Below, piece by piece: positions 56,771 through 64,000 of a DNA stretch of 64,000 bases; positions within the stretch are counted from its first letter, which is position 1, and each line of letters begins with the position of its first letter. The position numbers and the translations under genes are program-made. Origin of the DNA: Octopus vulgaris (lineage: Eukaryota); NCBI GenBank assembly GCA_951406725.2, contig OX597833.1, positions 66,464,001 to 66,528,000 on the forward strand, given 5' to 3'. The notes beneath the pieces are model-generated. The model saw only the letters and a program-made list of their open reading frames with translations, had not been told where the DNA came from and did no database searches.

Positions 56771-56989
56771 TTCCTTTGTTTTCGTAATCATTTCTCATTT
56801 CCTTTCTAACTTCCCCTCTGTGCAAGCTTCTATATCTACAAATACATAAACGTATCTATCTGTCGTCTGTCTGTCTGTCAGCCTGTCTGTTTGTCTGTCT
56901 TCTTGTCTATATGTATATATTTATACAAGCACATAGATATCTTTGTAGCTATGTTTGTGCATGTCTGGAAGTCTCTTTATATATATATA

Positions 56990-57086
<97 letters not shown>

Positions 57087-57551
57087 ATGTATATATGTAT
57101 ATATATATGTATATTGTACGTATTTTTCCGTGGGTGTTTCGCGTTGAAACAAGGTCAAGAAACCTATCAACTGTTTGTGTATGATTTAGAATTTGAGGTT
57201 GTAACCTTTATATTGATTGGGAAAAGAAAGGAAAACAACTAAACAATTCCATCCGGGCCCTCCCCTTGTAATACAAAGAAAAACAAAACACCGGTCCTAT
57301 TAAAAAAAGAACACGTGTTGCTCCGTGCTTGTATGCGTGTATATATATATATATATATATATAAATATATGTTGTATATGTATATAGGTATATATATATG
57401 TATATATATAAATAGACATATACATACATATATGTATATATATATATATGTACGTATATGCATATATATATATATATATATATATGTGTATATATATATA
57501 CACATACAATACATACATATATGTATATATATATATATATATGTACGTATA

Positions 57552-57598
<47 letters not shown>

Positions 57599-57632
57599 AT
57601 ATATATATACACATACAATATGCATCGAGTTA

Positions 57633-57671
<39 letters not shown>

Positions 57672-57784
57672 TGTATATATATGTATATATATATATATAT
57701 ATATATACATACATGTATACATATGTGTAGTGTGTTTGTGCGCGTGCATCGAATTTATTTATAAGTACAAAGACAGACAGACAA

Positions 57785-57823
<39 letters not shown>

Positions 57824-58229
57824 CACATACAGACATATCAATGTATGTATATCGATTTGTGTGTGTGTGCGTGTGCATGTAGGTATATAAATGTATACAC
57901 GTTTATATATGTTTGTAATTGTGTTTATGAATGAGTGATTCGTAACGACTGCCATCGCTAGCAAACAATTGATTTAGTTTGTCTTATCTCACACCCCCTC
58001 CCATCCCCCCGCTCCTGCCATTTCCCTCCGTCTTCGCGATCTCTCTGAACATTTGAACCAACTCACGTTCTTCCGAAATTGAAATCTCTTGGCAAAACAG
58101 TTAAAGTCAAGAAATACTCGCAATATCTTCATCTCAAATACAAATAAAATATCTATCTGTCTATCTGTCTGTCTATCAATGTATGTATGTATGTATGTAT
58201 GTATGTATGTATGTATGTATGTATGTATG

Positions 58230-58277
<48 letters not shown>

Positions 58278-58337
58278 AATCAATCAATCAATCAATCATT
58301 CTCTCTCTCTCACGTTCTATCTCTATCGCTCTCTCTG

Positions 58338-58398
<61 letters not shown>

Positions 58399-58514
58399 AT
58401 ATCTATCTATCTATCCATGTATCTAGATCGTTCGGTAGATAGCTATCTGTTTGACTGTCTGTCTCTCATATATATATATATATATATTCTCGCTCTATTT
58501 ATATTCTCTATGTT

Positions 58515-58570
<56 letters not shown>

Positions 58571-58614
58571 CGTGTCTCTGTCTCTATATGTATATATGTA
58601 TGTATGTATGTTTG

Positions 58615-58654
<40 letters not shown>

Positions 58655-59143
58655 ATATATATATATAATATATATATATCTTGACTTGTGAATGTGAAAA
58701 ATAAGGAAAAAAATATAAATAACAAGCAAAAAAACGCCAAAGAAATCGAATGTAAACGCACAAAAACATGACAAAAACATGACAGGAACAAAAAAAAGAC
58801 CATTATAATATCGTTTGTTAGTGATTCGTGTTATTTGTAACTTGAACTTGATTGAGAATATTCTCAACAGCGAGTTGATATACGGTTTGCACGGTTTGCT
58901 CTCTTGAATAATGAAAGATCTAAAAAAAAAAAATGGACGTGATTATCAACTAAAAATGCAGAAGATAATTAGAAAAAATCCTCCAACATCTACTTCCTGT
59001 CACCCGCCAAAACTACAAAAACAAAAAACAAAAACAGGATATGGAGTAAATAATGATTGAATACATAACTAAAAAATATAGGGCAACGATTTAAAGCAGA
59101 ATTATTAGTATCACTGGTCATCGGGGCAGTATTATTTTTTATT

Positions 59144-59533
59144 GTGGAGGCGCAATGACCCAGTGGTTAGGGCAGCGGACTCGCGGTCGTAGGATCGCGG
59201 TTTCGATTCCCAGACCGGGCGTTCTGAGTGTTTATTGAGCGAAAACACCTAAAAGCTCCACGAGGCTCCGGCAGGGTGTGGTGGTGATCCCTGCTGTACT
59301 CTTTCACCACAACTTTCTCTCACTCTTACTTCCTGTTCCTGTTGTACCTGTATTTCAAGGGGCCGGCCTTGTCACTCTCTGTGTCACGCTGAATATCCCC
59401 GAAAACTACGTTAAGGGTACACGTGTCTGTGGAGTGCTCAGCCACTTACACGTTAATATCAAGAGCAGGCTGTTCCGTTGATTCGGATCAACCGGAACCC
59501 TCATCGTCGTAACCGACGGAGTGCTTCCACCAC
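59144..59533 (+). mobile_element. SINE family C, full length, 13-bp TSD
   Basis: ATTATTTTTTATT at 59131-143 and 59534-546; close match to the reverse complement of 53118-53512. Confidence 0.93.
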
Positions 59534-59671
59534 ATTATTTTTTATTCATTTTAAAGCAGATTAGGAGCAAGGTTCAAGCGCAATCAAAGCCACATCTCAG
59601 CTCTACGATGAGAATTCTAATTCTTGTTTTACATCGACAGCTCTAAAGATGTATCATTGAATTTATGAAAT

Positions 59672-59810
59672 ACGGCGAACTGGCAGAGTGGTTAGCGTGT
59701 CGGAGAAAACGCGTAGCAGAATATCGTCCGACTCTTTACGTTCTCATCTCAAATTGAACCGAGGTCGATTTCGCCTTTCATCCTCTTCGGGGTCAATGAA
59801 TTAAGTACAA
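59672..59810 (+). mobile_element. SINE family B, diverged
   Basis: GGCGAACTGGCAGAGTGGTTAGC..GCCTTTCATCCTCTTCGGGGTC. Confidence 0.75.
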
Positions 59811-59916
59811 GTCGAAAATGGATGCCGTCGCTGTTAATGACCAGCCGCTGTAAACGTCCTGAATTTCAAACCTCCTTGTTCCCATATTAGAATTACTGAA
59901 TTTAAAGAAGGACAGG

Positions 59917-59981
<65 letters not shown>

Positions 59982-60053
59982 CATACATACGTACATACAT
60001 ACATACATACATATATATATATATTTTATTTTGTTTCAGCTCACAAGCTGTGG

Positions 60054-60124
<71 letters not shown>

Positions 60125-60550
60125 GAATTTACAAAAAGACAAAAGACGAAGATAGGTGTTTAAACAATAAACAGATGTTTTAGAACACAGAAATAAACAG
60201 GGAGAGAAAATAGAAAAAGGTTTAGTGGCTAGCGATCTATGATGGCGAAATTATATATATCTGTAAATGTAATATGTGACAAATACTCGTTAGCCATGAT
60301 AAAACTCTCTTCAGTTATCCGGCCATCGGAAAAAATGCTATGAAAATGACCGTTAAACAAAGGGAAATTACTGTGTGATTGACCGTTATTAAGACAAAAG
60401 AGCTATTTGAATGACCGCTAAGTGAGGGGAGGGAGTAAAACTAAGGGGTTAAAAATGTTCATAGTATTCGCGTAAGCGCGCTTACCTACACCTACACAAG
60501 CGCACTTACCATACCTACACATGCGCAGCCGCACACCCATGTACATGCGA

Positions 60551-60685
60551 TTCGGCAAAAGACAACCGATAGAATAAGTACTAGGTTTACAAAGAATATG
60601 TCCTGGGGTCGATTTGCTCGACTAAAGGCGGTGCTCCAGCATGGCCACAGTCAAATGACTGAAACAAATAAAAGAATAAAAGAAT
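60551..60685 (+). mobile_element. SINE family A 3' end
   Basis: TTCGGCAAAAG..CAGCATGGCCACAGTCAAATGACTGAAAC. Confidence 0.85.
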
Positions 60686-61351
60686 GAAGGAATACTACAC
60701 CGTTGCACTTAGTTCTTTTCTACAAAGCGTGCGAAGCAGGCGAGTGGTAGGGTGGTCGCGACTGGAAAGGCTTTGACTATATGTTTGCTAGATCTGAATA
60801 GATTGGAGGTATAGAAATAATAACTGGATTTAGGAAGAAATACATCATTTTTTTTTTTACATATTTTTATGTAAATTGCACGTGTTTTTACGTCCATTTT
60901 TACGTGTTTTAAAGTTTTTTAAAACGACTTTTGATGCCATTTTAAATCTCTTTCGAATAAATTTTACGATGTATAGCAACATTTTATGAACGAAGAATAG
61001 CAATTAAACCGCCTTATCTGTTAAAATGTCTGTCTACAGCGTTTTAGGCCCATAAATGTATCGATTTTTATTTTATATCTAAAGCATTATCTTTGAACGA
61101 AATGCAACAAAATTTGAACATTTAGAAAAAACCTTGAAGTCTAAGACTTTATAAACAAGGCTAAACGCATTGTGATGTTGTTTTAACTCCAGCAAAAACA
61201 TTAGCCACATGAGCAGATCTGCTAGAAATAGCAGCCACATTTATTGAAATTGCACCGACTATCATAAGAAATGGGGTAGGTGTATTGACCCTTTTAATAT
61301 CAACTCGTCTAAGACCACCCCTGCTTATATGATACAAGTTTCTCATTTTAA

Positions 61352-62017
61352 CCCTTTAGCAATTTAAACTAGCCCTATCCAGTCAAAATATTCTTCCCCT
61401 TTAATGTTAAACCCGACCAGATCTGACCTCTTACACATGCCCTACAATGTCATTCTAAAAATAAATAATCACATCCTTAAAATCTCAAAGCTATGAGATA
61501 ATGCATGATTAGAAAATTACTATTTCTAAATCTCACAACGAGATATATGCAGCAACAGTTCTTTATAGTAAAGATTATTTGCCAACATAATATGGCAGTC
61601 CTGGTTTAGGACGAATGTTACTGTAATTTAGCCCCAGGAAGCATCATCTCCAGCTGGCTATATGACATAATCTGTGTCCTTATATTTTCGAACAAGGGAA
61701 TCTAGCACCTCCACTCAGCTCAAAACAATATCTGCGTATTGTGATGAAGAGAAATAACTCGGAAATCGCGATACACAGATATTGTTTTGAGCTGAGTGGG
61801 GGTGCTAGATTCCCTTGTTCGAAAATATAAGGACAAAGATCGTGTCGTATAGCCAGCTGGAGACGATGTCTCCTGCGGCTAAATTACAGCAATATTCGTC
61901 CTAAATCAGGACTGCCATGTTATGTTGGCAAAAATCTTTACTCCGATGCATGATTAATTTAAAACAATGTGAATAAATAACCATTACGTTTGACAGAATA
62001 ATTTCAATACTAAAGGG
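61352..62017. mobile_element. piggyBac-like MITE, interrupted by a fold-back insertion
   Basis: TTAA-CCCTTTAG ... CTAAAGGG-TTA(C) termini; about 220 bp once the nested insert is removed. Confidence 0.7.
61512..61945. mobile_element. Asymmetric fold-back insertion with 11-bp TSD and hammerhead core at the apex
   Basis: TSD ATGCATGATTA (61501-11 and 61946-56); arms 61567-61745 and 61765-61942 (about 178 bp); unpaired 55-bp tail. GTGATGA-A-GAG(aaataa)CTC-G-GAAA-TCGCGA-TA-CACA at 61741-61777. Confidence 0.85.
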
Positions 62018-62104
62018 TTACAGTTCCCTAAATTAAAATCTTGCGTCAAAATTCCTTGTTCACTTATGTTCCAAGCATCAGAGTAATAACGGCAATTCTT
62101 CAAA

Positions 62105-62579
62105 ATTTCGAAAGAGTCCAGAAGCTGGCTACCCGCATGGTTCATGGTCTCAAAAATTTGTCCGATGAAGAAAAGCTGAGGACGCTCGACCTTTATTCTC
62201 TAGAAAAACGCCGCCACCGTGGTGATCTCATTCTCGCCCACAGCATCATAAGCGGAAAGTGTAACCTCTTGAAAGAGCTGTTCTTCACTCCTGCTCCAGA
62301 GCGTCGGCTGCGGGGTCATTCCGAAAAGCTCTACCTGCGACGATTTCATCTCAATCGAAGGAGAGGAGCTTTCTCCGTCCGGGTTGCGGATCCGTGGAAC
62401 AAGCTGCCAGACGAGATGGTGAAGATGCCGACGACCGCTTTGTTCAAAGCCTCCCTTGACCTCAAGTGGCCTGAACTCTTTACATGAACACCACCCTGTA
62501 CTTAACTCCATGTCCTCCTACATGGCCTTGCTATTTGCTTTTGAGCCAAATTAACTAACTAACTAACTAACTAACTAAC
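62105..62579 (+). mobile_element. CR1-clade LINE 3' end (ORF2 C-terminus, 3' UTR, (AACT)n tail)
   Basis: ERVQKLATRMV..LYSLEKRRHRGDLI..LRGH..FSVRVADPWNKLP..FKASLD are typical CR1 C-terminal motifs; stop at 62487; tandem AACT at 62553-79. Confidence 0.9.
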
Positions 62580-62699
62580 ATTTCCAAAATTTATTGAAAC
62601 AAAAGTTGAGCATTTCTATAGAATATATGTCAACAAAAGCTTAAACAATGTTGTTACAGATACGTATGTATCTCCGAATAATTCCTTCTACTATTGACA

Positions 62700-63487
62700 G
62701 AATTTGGACCGAGAGTGTAAACCCAGAAGAAAAACCGCCAAGCTTTTAGTCCGGTGCGCTACCGATTCTGCTATCTCGCTGCTTTATGAGCCTTCCCGTA
62801 ATCCTTTCAGTTATAGGCAGAGGACCTTAAATTTTGTTGGGGAACGGGTCTAGACGATTACATTAATCCCAGTGTTCAACTGGTACATATGTCATCGACC
62901 CCGAAAGGATGAAATGCAACGTGTATCTCAGCGGAATTTGAACTCAGAACGTAAAACCAGAAGAAATGTTAAGCATTTCATCCGACCGCCTTTATATACT
63001 TTCTAATAGCCCTTCCTACTAAAGGCACAAGGTCTGAAATTTTGGAGGAGGGGGCTTGTCGATCACGTCGACGCCAGAGTTTCACTGGTAGTTCATTTGT
63101 AGACCCCGAAAGGATGAAAGGCAAAGTCGACCGCGGCGGAATTTGAACTCAGAACGTTAAGACAGGTGATATACCTATTTCTTTACTACCCACAAGGGGC
63201 TAAACACATAGAGGACAAACAAGGACAAACGGATTAAGACGATTATATCGACCCCAATACGCATCTGGTACTTATTTAATCGACCCCGAAAGGATAAAAG
63301 GCAAAGTCGACCTCGGCGGAATTTGAAATCAGAACGTAGAGGCAGACGAAATACCGCTAAGGTCGACTTTGCCTTTCATCTTTTCGGGGTTGATAAATTA
63401 AGTACCAGTTGCGTACTGGGGTCGATTTAATCGACTGCCCCCACTCCCCCAAAATGTCGGGCTTTGAGCCTAGAGTAGAAAAAATAT
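62700..63487. mobile_element. Cluster of SINE B copies including a head-to-head fusion at about 63360
   Basis: Minus-strand units at 62700-62990 and 63013-63360, then a plus-strand unit at 63361-63487. Confidence 0.85.
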
Positions 63488-63502
63488 TGCTAAGCTGTGA
63501 CT

Positions 63503-63628
63503 ACAAACCAACAACAACAACAATAACAACAATAGCAGCAGCAACAACAACAACAATAATAAAAACTACAAGAGCAGTAACGACAGGAATAAAAACAGTA
63601 ATAACTACAAACAATATCAGCAGTAGGG

Positions 63629-63659
<31 letters not shown>

Positions 63660-63778
63660 CAACAGCAGCAGAAATAACAATAACAAAGCAACAACAAAAT
63701 AAGTTACAAGAATAACAAAAATAATATTAATAACAGCAACAACAACAAGAACAAGAACAAGAACAGCAATGACAATAA
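63503..63778. repeat. (CAA/CAG/TAA)n mixed trinucleotide tract
   Basis: Direct reading. Confidence 0.9.
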
Positions 63779-64000
63779 AATGGTCTAAAGGAATTACAGA
63801 TAAATTTGACCAGTCGATATGATAGTGAATTGATCAAAAAAAATCAATAATGAACAAAATCCCCGAGTCATATAATCAATAACCAATCAATGAATATTTT
63901 ATCCTTTTAATTATTGAACTGTGATTGCAAAATAAAATTAGAAAATAAATTCCCTTGAAATGGAACGAGAAAATCGGGTGAATATTTTGCAACACACGAC

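Noticed and set aside
59144-59220. tRNA-like sequence at SINE heads (also 52044 and 28504)
   Set aside because: No complete cloverleaf; each continues into a SINE body, so these are not tRNA genes.

Overview
AT-rich eukaryotic non-genic (intronic or intergenic) DNA, full of microsatellites and mobile-element fragments. The repeat content looks like a coleoid cephalopod, probably Octopus (inference, not a database match). I see no convincing host gene; almost every ORF in the track is a translated microsatellite. Recognisable parts: three tRNA-headed SINE families (A, B, C; several copies with clear target-site duplications, TSDs); 5'-truncated restriction-like-endonuclease (RLE, R4/Dong-type) LINE ends in (TAA)n and (CATA)n tracts; a CR1 LINE 3' end; a piggyBac-like MITE; and a 40-nt tRNA-His fragment. 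The most interesting signal is not in the ORF track. There are at least seven minimal hammerhead-ribozyme (HHR) motifs (one apparently intact at 49-109, the rest decayed or collapsed) and six long, mostly asymmetric inverted-repeat (fold-back) insertions, mostly in (TA)n. In two of these the inversion junction falls on the HHR core. With some very degraded GIY-YIG-like remnants, this points to several families of HHR-bearing Penelope-like retroelements that leave long dsRNA-forming hairpins. All alignments and folds were done by eye.
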